From Carpediemonas membranifera BICM (taxonomy: Eukaryota > Protista > Fornicata), in NCBI GenBank assembly GCA_019828565.1, contig JAHDYR010000024.1:342834-406833 (forward strand): a stretch of DNA of 64,000 bases, read 5' to 3'. Below are positions 23,004 through 33,883 of this stretch, one piece after another (position 1 is the first letter of the stretch; every line of letters begins with the position of its first letter). The translations under genes were made by a program, and so were the position numbers. Below the pieces are notes generated by a model. That model was not told where the DNA came from and did not search any database. It worked only from the letters and a program-made list of their open reading frames with translations.

Positions 23004-24227
23004 ATGAATTCAGAAGTGTCTGTACCAGAACCTATTGCTGCTACGCCCCCCATCAGACAGTATGGCAACAGTAAGCTCGCAAATCTCCGTCGTTCATTTG
23101 TTACAGCCGTTGTTTCTTCAGTATTTGAGGACGACGAGGCAACTGACCTCGGCTTGAGTGCACGCGACATCCATAAGGTACTTCTGGAGGTCCAGCGCAG
23201 GGTCGCCGCCGAATGCCCTGGGTTCAAGTCAATTGAACTCCGGGAACAGGTCAGGCGGACGACTGTTGTCGGCGTTACTACGTTTATAACAGCAGTTAGA
23301 CCCTCTGCGGAGTACAATGGCTCTGTCATGCAGCACATTGCTGTCCGTAGTCAGCCCTGCCATGCCGAGTTCCGCCAGATGCTCTCAGAAGTTCTCTCAG
23401 ATGCTGGACTGAACGATGTTTCCGACTCAATCAGCCTTGAGAACTTGCCTGTGATCAACCGGGTGAGATATAAGCCTGTCAAGCAAAAGGCAACGGTCAA
23501 ATCGACCCCGACTACGATGATCAAGGCAGAGATCCCACCGATACGGTCGACTACGCAACTGTCTTCACTTGGTGTTGGTGATGAAGCAGACACACCTCAG
23601 TCAACGACAGATCGATCGGTGCCGGTTCGGAAGAAGATCGTCTTTGACGACGAGGAAGCCAAGCGACCCAGGCTTGGTGACGACGATCTGCAGCAGGTGT
23701 CTAACAACGTGTCCGATGCTGTTGTTGACCGTATTAAGGTCCTGATCAACGACGTTGTCTCAGAGACCCGTGTGAGAGACCCGCCTACCGAACCCGAGAC
23801 ATGTAAGACGACTTTCCTTAGCCTTCATCAGCGCAAAATGCTATTTGGATGTCTTGTGTGTGGTACCCCCGAGTGGTTCTTCAATCCAGACGGCACTACG
23901 TTCAGGAGATGCTGTGCTTGCAAAGGTTTCCTGCACGAGCAATGTGTCAGGACGAAGGGCAAGAAGGACTACTGTCCCGCGTGCTATATTACCGGCTCTA
24001 GCAACAAGTGCCAGGCGTGCAAAAAGGGCCTAAGATCCAAGAACACGAAGAAAGCAGAAGAACAGGCTTCTACTCTTCTTTGCTGCCGAGGCTGTCACTG
24101 GTGGTACTGTGAGCATTGCTCTGAGGAAGTGCAGTACACCATTGATGGCAAGTTGTACATCGTTCCCCTCTGCAGCAAATGTAAGGTTGTCTATAAGCGA
24201 GTAGAGGGCATGAGACCGATTGTTTAG
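23004..24227 (+). CDS. Double PHD-like zinc-finger protein (inner cargo)
   Basis: 407 aa. CLVC..CCAC..FLHEQC..YCPAC followed by CQAC..CRGC..WYCEHC..LCSKC. Same architecture as 2120-3307. Confidence 0.8.
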   Translation: MNSEVSVPEPIAATPPIRQYGNSKLANLRRSFVTAVVSSVFEDDEATDLGLSARDIHKVLLEVQRRVAAECPGFKSIELREQVRRTTVVGVTTFITAVRPSAEYNGSVMQHIAVRSQPCHAEFRQMLSEVLSDAGLNDVSDSISLENLPVINRVRYKPVKQKATVKSTPTTMIKAEIPPIRSTTQLSSLGVGDEADTPQSTTDRSVPVRKKIVFDDEEAKRPRLGDDDLQQVSNNVSDAVVDRIKVLINDVVSETRVRDPPTEPETCKTTFLSLHQRKMLFGCLVCGTPEWFFNPDGTTFRRCCACKGFLHEQCVRTKGKKDYCPACYITGSSNKCQACKKGLRSKNTKKAEEQASTLLCCRGCHWWYCEHCSEEVQYTIDGKLYIVPLCSKCKVVYKRVEGMRPIV

Positions 24228-24270
24228 TGTTTAGTGAGAGATGATCATAAATTGTATATATATCTGTTTA

Positions 24271-25281
24271 CTACACGTCTCTCTCAAGCGCACGGGTCAT
24301 CATGCTTATGTATCGATCATTCATAAGTCTTCTCTGGTCGGTTCTTAACGGGTCATACTCGTTGACATCAGAAACGATGTCTTGCATTTCAGGAAGAGGA
24401 ATGGGCCGGGCATAGCTAGTCTCAGACATGATGACCCTGGCCTCGTTGGGAAATGACAAGGAACCATTGGCTATAATCCGTCTTCCTGCTGAGCCAGGCG
24501 CGAAACGATAGCCAGAGAAGTACTTCGTCAGAAAGAAAAGAGGATTGTCGAGGCATGTCACGCGGTAGAGCCAATAGGCGTCCTGGAGAACAAGCTCATG
24601 CGCCAGAACCTTCTCAGGAGTGAGGATAATGCATGTGTTCTTGTACTTGGCTGTCGAAATAGCACTGCACAGCTGAGACTCCTCAGATCTGTCGAGTCCG
24701 GAGCAGGTGGCAAAGTAAATCAGACGCACACGCGTCGATCTCACCAAGGAAGGGCTCTCGAATGACCTGAGGATGAGCTGGACCAGATCATGGTGATACA
24801 GAAACTCGTTCGTAGACGTATCAATGATCATACGCGACGTTTCTGTATCAGAATGACCCGATATCACCCAGTAAGTGTCGAAGTTAGAGTACTGCGACGC
24901 CAACTCCTCAAGTACCTCGGCCAGATGGGACGTAGACTTAAAGGTGCGGGCAACGGCAGTCAGCCACTCATCATCAACGAGCTCTAGAGCCGTCTTGAGC
25001 TTGAAATGATAGCCAGATGAGTTGGCAAGACTTTCCACGCGGAAGACGGGGTAGGGCTGAGTCGGGGTCTCGAAACCATGCAGCGGCTCGATGGTGATTA
25101 GCACCCGTCGGTTAATCAACTTCTCTGTTGTAAAAGGACACTCGTGAGAGGAAGAAGACTTGAAACCGATCCCGCGATGTCCACGCCTGAGCTGAACCTT
25201 ACCACAGACACATTCAAAGACTTCTTGGTCCTTACTGATGCGTCGCGTGCCGAATTCTCCGTATTTCTCGTCCATTTGCAA
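24271..25281 (-). CDS. Putative caspase/CHAT-fold (clan CD) peptidase with N-terminal Zn ribbon
   Basis: YWVISGHS (His after a beta-strand) and LIYFATCSG (Cys after a beta-strand) with clan-CD-like spacing. N-terminal CVCG..HEC. Confidence 0.55.
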   Translation of the reverse strand: MQMDEKYGEFGTRRISKDQEVFECVCGKVQLRRGHRGIGFKSSSSHECPFTTEKLINRRVLITIEPLHGFETPTQPYPVFRVESLANSSGYHFKLKTALELVDDEWLTAVARTFKSTSHLAEVLEELASQYSNFDTYWVISGHSDTETSRMIIDTSTNEFLYHHDLVQLILRSFESPSLVRSTRVRLIYFATCSGLDRSEESQLCSAISTAKYKNTCIILTPEKVLAHELVLQDAYWLYRVTCLDNPLFFLTKYFSGYRFAPGSAGRRIIANGSLSFPNEARVIMSETSYARPIPLPEMQDIVSDVNEYDPLRTDQRRLMNDRYISMMTRALERDV

Positions 25282-25743
25282 TGTGCCATTTTTTTTTCAT
25301 GAATGGCACATTTTGATTTGAAGCAAAGGACAAGCTTTTGATCCAAGTAAAGAGGTATACCTTCATTGCTACACTATTTATGCATGCTACTGCAGTATTG
25401 TTCGGATCTGATCAGCGATGCGCCTGTTCTTCGGATCGGGAGTTGCGAGAAAAAAAAAGAGAACGAAGATATGGCGAGAAGAAAGATGCCCGCAAGGAAG
25501 CAGCAACCGGTAGGTAAGAGAAGGACTCAAAATCCACCCAACAAGACTTTTTGAGTCATCTGCTTCTCCGCAGGATCAACGTCCTGCGGAAACGACTGTA
25601 ACGGCAGCATCACCTCCTCCTCCGCCTCCCGAGTCGCCCGAGGATGGTAAGGAGCAAGATTCTCTCCTCCTCCGCCTCCCGAGTCGCCTTCCCATTCATC
25701 CAGCTCGTCTGAAGCCGAGGAGGACTCCGTCGAGGGGTCCGTC

Positions 25744-26430
25744 ATGCACGTCCACCCTAGGTGGACGCATGTTTACCCGGGTTCAGACCTGCAGGACGTC
25801 AAGCGGCTGATTTCGGATGAGATAAGCCTTCAGGCCATTCCTGCTCCGGCCTGGATCTCATCCGAGACCCGTTGCGACCCCCGTCTGACCCAGGAGCCCG
25901 ACCATCCGGCCCTCAATCGGACGCAGAGCGTCGGCCGAGGCATGATTGCCACTGAGGATATCTCAGCTGGCACATGTCTCGGCATATACTTCGGGAAGCT
26001 GATTCCCGATGCTGAGACGGCCAGCAACAACGGCCAGATGGTGTTTGTTTCGCATATTCCATTACCATTACACAGCATGTCATTCGCTGACAGTCAGGTC
26101 GCCGTCGATGCCATGTCGGCCGCAGCGGGTGTCCACCTGATTAACCACAGCCCTGACGATGTCAACTGTGAGTTCGTGGACGTCTTGGTGGATGGCCTGC
26201 CAGTGATATCGGTCAGGGCCACTGCCAACATCGTTCGCGGCGAGTTCTTGCGCATCGATTATGGCGAGACCTACTTTGAGGCCGATGAAGAGGAGCACCC
26301 GGTTGCTCGCTTCAAGAGTCTCGCCATAGATGACCCTCACTACCTCGCTCGAAAGGTGGAGCAGTTCAAAAATACTGCAGGTCAAGCCGCAGCCCCGCAA
26401 GCGGAAGACCAAGTCCAACCCCGCCCGTAA
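25744..26430 (+). CDS. SET-domain protein (inner cargo; possible upstream exon from 25471)
   Basis: GRGMIATEDI..GT.LGIYFG, HLINHSPDDVNC, I.RGEFLRIDYG..YF. Confidence 0.9.
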   Translation: MHVHPRWTHVYPGSDLQDVKRLISDEISLQAIPAPAWISSETRCDPRLTQEPDHPALNRTQSVGRGMIATEDISAGTCLGIYFGKLIPDAETASNNGQMVFVSHIPLPLHSMSFADSQVAVDAMSAAAGVHLINHSPDDVNCEFVDVLVDGLPVISVRATANIVRGEFLRIDYGETYFEADEEEHPVARFKSLAIDDPHYLARKVEQFKNTAGQAAAPQAEDQVQPRP

Positions 26431-26503
26431 GCGCTTCCACACTGCGCGCATGACTCAAGGCAAGAGTGAATAAACTTGAAGAGATATCAATTCAATCAAT
26501 CAT

Positions 26504-27400
26504 TTATGAGCGGGTGACATCCTCCGGACGAGTAGCACGCTTCTCGGGCTCTGCGGCAGCTGCCTTGCGCTTGCGGTCCGGAAGACTGTAGACACAGGCA
26601 TGACGATTCTCGATGACGATGAACTGAGTGAGCTTCATGCTCTCACAAAGACCTAAGATCTTGTCCAGCGTCGCATCCTGGATGGGCAAGAACTCTGAAT
26701 CTTCCCAACCTTTGTGGACCCAGAGGCAGGTAAGGTCCTCGTCGATCTGGGTGATGATTACCGGAGTGTGACTCAGCTCTACACTGGCCTGGATGGCCTC
26801 ATGGTCTGCCCAGGGGAAAGGGGAGCCAGGCATCTCAGAGAACGGGTCGCCCTCGAACCCCTTGCCCTCACAGAAGGATCGGATGTCCTCGTACAGCTGA
26901 AGCTTCTCACCAACAGTAGGCTGGGACCCAGTCCTGATGAGATGCATGGCGCTGAGAATGCATGAGCCATCCCCAGGCACCTCAGACCGCTTCAGAGAGC
27001 TTGTATCGTTCTTAAACTTCTTAGCGGTCTTCTCCATGATGGTCTGGACGTCATCTTTGGGGTCTGCGGCCACCAAAGCCTCCCGATCCAGGTCTATGAC
27101 CTCAGCCTCCTTCTTCAAGGGCACAAGCTTCTCCGTCTCGAGCTTTTCAATCTTGGCCCGGGCTCGCCAAAGCTCCCTCTTCAAATCACGGATCGCACCG
27201 TTGTGTTCCACGGCAAGATGGCGGCGCAGGAGGCGCGATGTGCCACTCAGGGTACTTCTGTGGACGGGAGAGTCCATCAGAAGCGCGTCCAGGTGCCTTA
27301 TCCGGTCGAACTGCACGTCGACCGGGTCCGACAGCTCAGGCTCGGCGTTGTTCTTGAACGAACGGACGACCCCCGACCTTCCTGGCTTCACCTTGCGCAT
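26504..27400 (-). CDS. OTU-like cysteine protease/deubiquitinase with coiled coil
   Basis: VPGDGSCILSAM catalytic loop, WAD..AIQA, and C-terminal ENRHACVY His. Confidence 0.75.
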   Translation of the reverse strand: MRKVKPGRSGVVRSFKNNAEPELSDPVDVQFDRIRHLDALLMDSPVHRSTLSGTSRLLRRHLAVEHNGAIRDLKRELWRARAKIEKLETEKLVPLKKEAEVIDLDREALVAADPKDDVQTIMEKTAKKFKNDTSSLKRSEVPGDGSCILSAMHLIRTGSQPTVGEKLQLYEDIRSFCEGKGFEGDPFSEMPGSPFPWADHEAIQASVELSHTPVIITQIDEDLTCLWVHKGWEDSEFLPIQDATLDKILGLCESMKLTQFIVIENRHACVYSLPDRKRKAAAAEPEKRATRPEDVTRS

Positions 27401-27441
27401 TATGCGCTCACGGAGCAGCGAAAGGACTGAATAAGCAGGAG

Positions 27442-27913
27442 TTATTTGGAGTACTTACCTCCAACGTCGTGCTCGTGATCCGAAGACACTTCTCGGCGGA
27501 CCTTCTGGACAAGGCTGTCGTAGGCATGATCTCCCATGACCTTCTTCAGCTCAGCCGATGTCGTGATCAGCTCAAGCTGAGCCTCGGCAGTTTCTCTTAG
27601 GTGCAGGATAAGGTGAGGCGACCTGAAGAGCTTGCGAAGCGTTTTCCAGCCAATATCTGTGTAAAAAGGTATGGGGAAAGTACTTACGATCACGAAGAAG
27701 GGCGGTGAGGATCTTGTCATCGGGCAGAAGGAACTTACGAAGAAGTGAGCACTTGATCATCTCCTGCGCGTTTGATGAGGCCTGACTGATCTCAGCGCTG
27801 TCATAGAAGATAAAGAACTGCTTACCAAACGTTTTCGAACGCTTCAAGAGCATGTAGAAGTCGAAAACCGATTGCATGATTATAAGGCTCTCAGGACCTA
27901 ATGAAAAATTCAT
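27442..27913 (-). CDS. Hypothetical protein, probably one gene over two overlapping frames
   Basis: Overlapping ORFs 27572-27913 and 27442-27720 on the same strand, possibly joined by a small intron. Confidence 0.35.
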
Positions 27914-28047
27914 AAGGCTCTGAGAGCCTAATAAACCATGCGGAAAAATGACCAGTATCAGTAGGCAACGGCGCGCGGGAGATTCATTAGGCTCTGAGAG
28001 CCTTATACACGATTTCGAATTGGTGTATAAGGCTCTGAGAGCCTTAT
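27882..28047. promoter_or_regulatory. Cluster of four palindromic ATAAGGCTCT-N-AGAGCCTTAT sites
   Basis: Copies at about 27882, 27912, 27986 and 28027, between divergently oriented ORFs. Confidence 0.5.
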
Positions 28048-28695
28048 GAACTCAGAGGAGGTCCTCAGGGCACTTCGGTGCAGAATTTTGATTGGGCATC
28101 TGATTGGACCATGGGGCGGATGCTCAGAGGGATGAATGCGAGCTCAATGGAGACCATTGGACATGTCAGAGATGGCATGTCCAGGTGAAGGTCCATCATG
28201 GAAGGAGCCATTCACGATAAGTCTTCTAAATGTTGTGTTGCGAGCGTCTGAAGGGCTTTCTCTGGATACCGACCAAGATGGAGGTCACGTGGATCAACGG
28301 ACGATAATTGCGGTATTCTGGCCTTGTATGCCACTCTTAAATCCATTGTTTGATCCATTCCCGCGTTTATAGTTCATCTCAACGCTTCCTCGACGAGTTA
28401 CAATTGTTGATGTTGTTTAGGTTCTATTACAGGCCATTCGAGGCCACAGAGCTCTCATGATGTTGTTTTTAGTGATATACACATGCTTGCCAGCGTTTGA
28501 GGATCGATACTCTTCTCCTTTCTTCGTTTGGTTTTCTAATTTCGTTGCGAGCATAAAGTGCACCTTGAAGAAACGTTATGCCTCCGAAACGGAGTAATAC
28601 TGCTAAGAGCAAGGGCAGAAAGCGTCTAAACGCTGTGGAAATGATTTCTACTTACTTAGAGAAGGAGCACGCTGCTGGAAGCATCTCCGCTGCCG

Positions 28696-29265
28696 ATGTC
28701 GCCACCGGAAACCGCATTTGCAATGAGGGTGGTTGACAGACGCCCCAATGACCTCCCCACATTCGTTCCGGAGGATCTTAGGGATGAAGCGGAGTTCCGT
28801 TCTCTCGATAGCATTGAGCAGATCATGGCGCAGTACAAGGGCGAGTCTTCTGAGGCCAAGGAGAAGCGCTTCAGGGCCCTCATCAGCCTGGACGCCGAAG
28901 GAGATGAGGTCGACCATGGCAGCCCTCTCTTGGCAACTGTCCGTGAGTACCGCGAGCTGTTCCACGGCATCCCTCAGTCGGTCCGCCCCCGCGCTTACGC
29001 CTTCGTCGCCCAGAGGCTTGGTATCTCTGTCGACAAGGTCAGAGAGGTCCTTCTGGAGAGTGTGTGCCGCAAGGACTCTAAGCTCATCTTCGAGCGTCCG
29101 CAGCTTGTCCTCAAGAAGCACTCGAAGACCTTCAAGGACCTCGCCGCTGTGATTGAGAAGAGGAACGCTGCCCGTGCCGCTGCAGAGGCTCGTGATGTTC
29201 TGCGTATACCCGTTTACGCGAGCCTCCTGCTCTTCCACGCAGCTAACGTCAACTCAAATGAGTAA
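28696..29265 (+). CDS. Helical protein with possible helix-turn-helix
   Basis: 189 aa. RAYAFVAQRLGISVDKVREVL fits an HTH pattern. Confidence 0.5.
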   Translation: MSPPETAFAMRVVDRRPNDLPTFVPEDLRDEAEFRSLDSIEQIMAQYKGESSEAKEKRFRALISLDAEGDEVDHGSPLLATVREYRELFHGIPQSVRPRAYAFVAQRLGISVDKVREVLLESVCRKDSKLIFERPQLVLKKHSKTFKDLAAVIEKRNAARAAAEARDVLRIPVYASLLLFHAANVNSNE

Positions 29266-29388
29266 TAAATCGACTGCTTCTTCATTTAATCTTCATTCTC
29301 TTCCTCATCTTCCTTCTCAGACAGCAGATGGTACCACTCTTCCTCGAAATAGTTCTCTTTCTGGTAATCCTTACGCATCTTTGATCTC

Positions 29389-30072
29389 TTATCCACGATC
29401 TTTTTGGACCAAATCCCTTCGGTTGCTGTCGTAAAGGGCGATGATTATCTCACGTTGCTTCTTGCGCGTCGGGTGCGGGGTAACACTCTTCCTCAGACGC
29501 TTAATGTAGCGGTTGAGCTTGTCCGAGGGCTTGGTGGGCAGGGTGGGTTGGGTGGCTTGGGTTCTCTTTGGGGGAGGCTGGACCTGGTCCACAGAAGTGA
29601 AAGCCGTACCGTAGTCGACGGACGGGGGAGCCCTCCAGGACTTCATGGCATATCCATGGCAAGCAACGAGACTCTCACCGAGCTTCGTCCACTTGTTCGG
29701 GCCGTATGTTGCCTCCATGGTCACCAGTTTCGCATCATCCAGGTACTCCATCGTGGACTTTTGCTTGGAGATGGACATCCCCATACGCTGGTAGGCTGGC
29801 ACAAGAGAACTTACACACTGCAGGCGGATCCTCTGTCCGGCAGAGGCAACCGAAAGAAGAATCGTGGCGAGACCATTGCCCCTGGCATAGAATGCCGTGC
29901 GAATAACCACAACATATAAGTCCTGGCGCAGCTCGGAAGGGGTTTCATCAGTAGCTTCGGTGTTGTATGACTCCTTCGTGAGCAACAAGGCCGAAATGAT
30001 GGAATCAGTCTTGCAGTCACGAATCGCAACCAATCTGGGTAAATACCTGGGCAACACTGGGTGAACAAACAT
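29389..30072 (-). CDS. GNAT-family acetyltransferase (inner cargo; N terminus uncertain)
   Basis: LYVVVIRT..ARGNGLATILL (acetyl-CoA motif A) and AYQRMGM (motif B). Confidence 0.7.
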   Translation of the reverse strand: MFVHPVLPRYLPRLVAIRDCKTDSIISALLLTKESYNTEATDETPSELRQDLYVVVIRTAFYARGNGLATILLSVASAGQRIRLQCVSSLVPAYQRMGMSISKQKSTMEYLDDAKLVTMEATYGPNKWTKLGESLVACHGYAMKSWRAPPSVDYGTAFTSVDQVQPPPKRTQATQPTLPTKPSDKLNRYIKRLRKSVTPHPTRKKQREIIIALYDSNRRDLVQKDRG

Positions 30073-30385
30073 GAAGAAGCGATGATCGATGTCATCAACT
30101 CCTCTCGTGGCAACGTCCTGCTTAAAAAACGTACGGACACTGGGGATGATGTCTGACTTATCAGAAAGTCTTACGTATTGTATATAAGCCTTATGGGCTG
30201 CAAGAGTATCCTCTGTCCAAGATTCTTTTCCCCGTTTGGTTCATTTTCACAAACTTTTGTGAAACCTGCGAAATGTGAAATGTGCCATTCATGAAAAAAA
30301 AAGTGGCACATATGAAAAATGAATGAATTTATCACGGAACCATCTTACATCACTTTATATCACGCGGATGCCTCAATTCTGTCTG

Positions 30386-32924
30386 CTACACTCTCCACAC
30401 AGGCAGCAAACTAACTCTATGCCATGGTCCGCCAGACTGCATGACATCGTGCCCTCCCTCACCCCACGTCAGCGTCGTATGCTCTTCTACAAACTCCCAC
30501 ACTTCATCAACAGTCTCCTGAAAGGTCTGGATCATCTCACGAGTTGGCTCGAAGGTCACGGTGGTCAGTGTGCGGACACCAAACCAATGCTTCGCATCCT
30601 TACAGCAGTCGTGAACTCGCACACACTTGAGTCGCTGGAGCTGGGGGACAGAGTAGTCCTGCCGACCAAAAAGAACGCATGCCCGTCAGGAAGGAACACG
30701 CGAGAGTTGTCTGCTCGATCAAGCAAATGCCCTCAAGGACTGCCTTCCTGTGCAACTTGGCTGCTACCTCCTGGTTCTTGATGAACTCTCGCTCAAAGTA
30801 CTCCTCTAGGATATAGAACAGCGGCACCTTGAGATGCTTGTGGCACAGGGGCTGCGTCGTGAGTCTGCTGATGCTGTAGAGGTTCTCAGCGCACGGTTTC
30901 TCCTTCGTCTTCGCTTCGCTGCTTGATAGCAGGGATATGGAAGTCTTATCCTTGTTAGGAATGAACGCAATCGTGACGTGAATGAGGTGGGCCACTGCGG
31001 CAGCCATGAAGTGAAACGCGACAGCCGCGTCAGTCACAGGTTCGGACGAGTAGTACATGGCCTGGAGGTAGCCAATGAGCCGAATGATATCTTGAATGCA
31101 CTCAGGGAGAGCAACGTAGTCCTCTTGGTCGTGGCAGCCATCCTTACACGTGCGGACGACTGCTCGTTACAACCTACGGTCCTATCGATGCTTCGCATGG
31201 ACGACATACGGCCAAGCTTGAGGTTGAGGAGCTTATTCTGGATGATCTCCTCGCGGGACCCGCGGGTGGTGGGATGCTTCTTGAAAGAACCACAGATATG
31301 GGCAACCTGCTCGAGTAAACGGTGCGAGTCGTGCATGAATGGAGGGCATATGACGATCTTCTCAAGAGGGATGACACTACAATTCTCGAACACCATGCGT
31401 TCATTGGTGAAATCGCCATAGATTGCAAGTACATCTTGAACTCGGTTCGGGTCGTCGACTTCAGCCTGGTATGCTGTCTTATCGTCCAGGTTGTCCTTGA
31501 TGGTGAGACGATGGCGGCCTGCTATCGGGTGGAGCGCCTTACTTTTGTGGTAAATCGTGTTGCAAGGGTGTGGATAGTTGGGCCGGCCCGACTTTCTGGA
31601 CAGCATGTGGCGGAGGGCGGCATGATCGCCCATGACGATGACATGGTCGAAGATTGTGACCTCACCAGTGTCTCTGATGGGTATCTGACTCGTGTATAGG
31701 CGCTCAATCTCCTTCTCGACGCGAGAAAGAGACTCTTCCATCAACAAATCACCCTCGCTACCCATATACTCGACTATACGGAAAGGTGGAGTAATCTTGT
31801 TGGGGAATGTGAAGCCTGTGGGGTCGTAGATGCGGAGCTTGAAGGCAGCAGAACCCCCTTTCCACCCGTCAAGCCATAGTAGGATCTTCATGGGGCTAAA
31901 CGTGACTCCAACCCTGTTGCCAAGGGCGTTCTTGCATCGAACGTAGTTGGGCTGGTCCGACTCGAGCCATTCCGGGTGGCGAACAGCTTGCTTGAGGTAA
32001 CGAACGGCATCAAACCAGACTCGATCAACCTTGTCCCATGTGGAGCTGTTGAGCCGCTTGCCGAGGGTGACTCCCTGGGTCTGCTTGAGCTCAGGGCGAT
32101 GACTTGTGGCCTCATCGCTCGTCTCGTAGTGAAGATCAAGCATTGGCTTCTCCCACTTGAAGTCAATGACGTTCTCCGCGTCCGTCAGGGGCTGGATATC
32201 GACACCCTCGTCCACCGTTAGGCGATTGGTGCACTCGAGTCTCGACTTTGTGCCATTTCTGCCCCACCGCCAGGTCGTGTTGACTGTGACAGACTCCACA
32301 GGGACGAGATGACCCAAGAAAGCAACCTCTGGTCTAGTCAGCGCTGCAACCAGGCCGTTGATCTTGGTGATATTGACCTGCAACTGCTTCACGAAGATAT
32401 CAGCAGCCTTGCTGGAGATGATTGGCATATGAAGTCGCGCAGAAAGACTACGGATGAGCTTAAAGAGCTCATGGGTTGCGTTACAACCCGACTTGATGTA
32501 CATCAGGATAGAAACAAGCTCCAAAAATCTGCTTGTAGTTGTCAGTTTCCTCAGTTGAGACCTCGTGCTGTCTCCGCAAGCGTTCGTGGGTGACAGCAAT
32601 ACGCGCGTGGTCACGTACGAAGACATCGAAGGTCGGGGCGACTCCTCTATGGGAACGTACTGCACGCAAGAAGGGTCGAGAGTCGTGCGGGTCGGCGAAA
32701 AATCTCGGATCGACCTCCATGTCCGCAAATAGGCCCTGGTTAGCCATTTCCAAGATGAGTTCACGGAATTCTCGGCGCTGGCGGCCTCGATCCTGTGTAT
32801 TTCCGCCAATACCAACAAGGGAGAGGTATGTATGAGCGAGAATGTAGTTCATACGCTCTGCAGTCCTTGGAGGGCCAGTATTGTCGTAGACAGTGCCAAT
32901 GAAGGTCTGTATGACAATGTGCAT
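30386..32924 (-). pseudogene. DDE transposase of inner element (several frameshifts)
   Basis: Successive frames give LLWLDG, KITPP, GDHAAL, PPFMHDSH, GCNEQS, MYYSS and FYILEEYFER, collinear with 45925-48489. Confidence 0.8.
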
Positions 32925-33883
32925 GCTCAGGAATTTTTGCTGAAGTCACTTTCACATTTCACAAGTTTCACAAGAGTTTGTGAAAGATTTTTGGTTTGGG
33001 GCTTCCGCTGCTCTGTTTCCTCCAAAAAGTTGTGAGCAGCAACTACACTGAGTTTTATACGTATTCTATGCTTCTCATACCCATTGATGCGTTATTGCGC
33101 AATTCTGCTTTGCCCTCAAAGGAAAAGTGAATTTGAATTTCCCCCTGAATCTTGCAAGATACTGCGGAAGTAACGGTAAGAAAAAATGAAACTCGCCAAC
33201 GAAAGCAGCTGGAAGAAAATGGTAAAAAGTATTGGAACTAGGACAATATGGTGTACACTCTGAGCAACTTCATTTCTTTCTGGCGTTCACCTGTGTCACG
33301 AGCTCTTTGGGCACTGTTTCGGGCGTTAGGACAAACCAAGGGTTCCATGATCCTTTGTTGATCTAGTTACACCTCTGTTGTTAGCACAATCTTCCAAGAC
33401 CATCTCATCGTTGATAAAATTTTGCAGATTTTTCGAATGCGAGAAAATGAAGACTTCCCCACAGAACCTGAGTATGTACGGATAGTACTTGACCCCCATG
33501 GATTATCCCCCCATGTTTGGTTTTTGTGGGGAAGTCTTCATTTTCTCAATCTCTTGATTCAATCATTAATTCATACGGAAGTAGAAGATACTGGAGGCTG
33601 AAAACTTCAGAGGGCATTGCTATTAGCTATAAAACACCGCTGTTAAGATCCCATGTTCGAACGAGCACTTCACATTTACAACATAAAATGCGTTATCCTC
33701 TTTTATCAACACTGACACCATGTGATACTTCAAGACGCCAGACATGTCTTTTATGCTTCTATAACTACCTTCTAGATGTTCTGGAGGTGCCTGAGATCGC
33801 CTGGATCGCGAGGTTTGACCAGCGTTGACACATGAGTATCTCCAGAGTATCTCCCGGGAGACTCTAGCCATTCTTACAGTATG

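Larger units (their letters stand above)
22541..33883. mobile_element. Nested 11,343-bp TIR DNA transposon of the same family (CATA termini, 2-bp AA TSD)
   Basis: 50-bp TIRs at 22541-22590 and 33834-33883 with 1 mismatch. AA at 22539-22540 and 33884-33885. Excision restores a 409-aa ORF. Carries its own homologous transposase. Confidence 0.93.

Noticed and set aside
30386-32924. Programmed frameshifting or true decay in the inner transposase, Gypsy A and OTU2
   Set aside because: Several shifts lie in homopolymers, and near-identical repeats in this window differ by homopolymer indels, so long-read error is a likely cause. Cannot be resolved without reads.
33623-33883. HTVR motif and C terminus of ORF 33623-34441 as a YR HxxR box
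   Set aside because: These residues are read-through into the inner TIR. The true continuation is at 22538.
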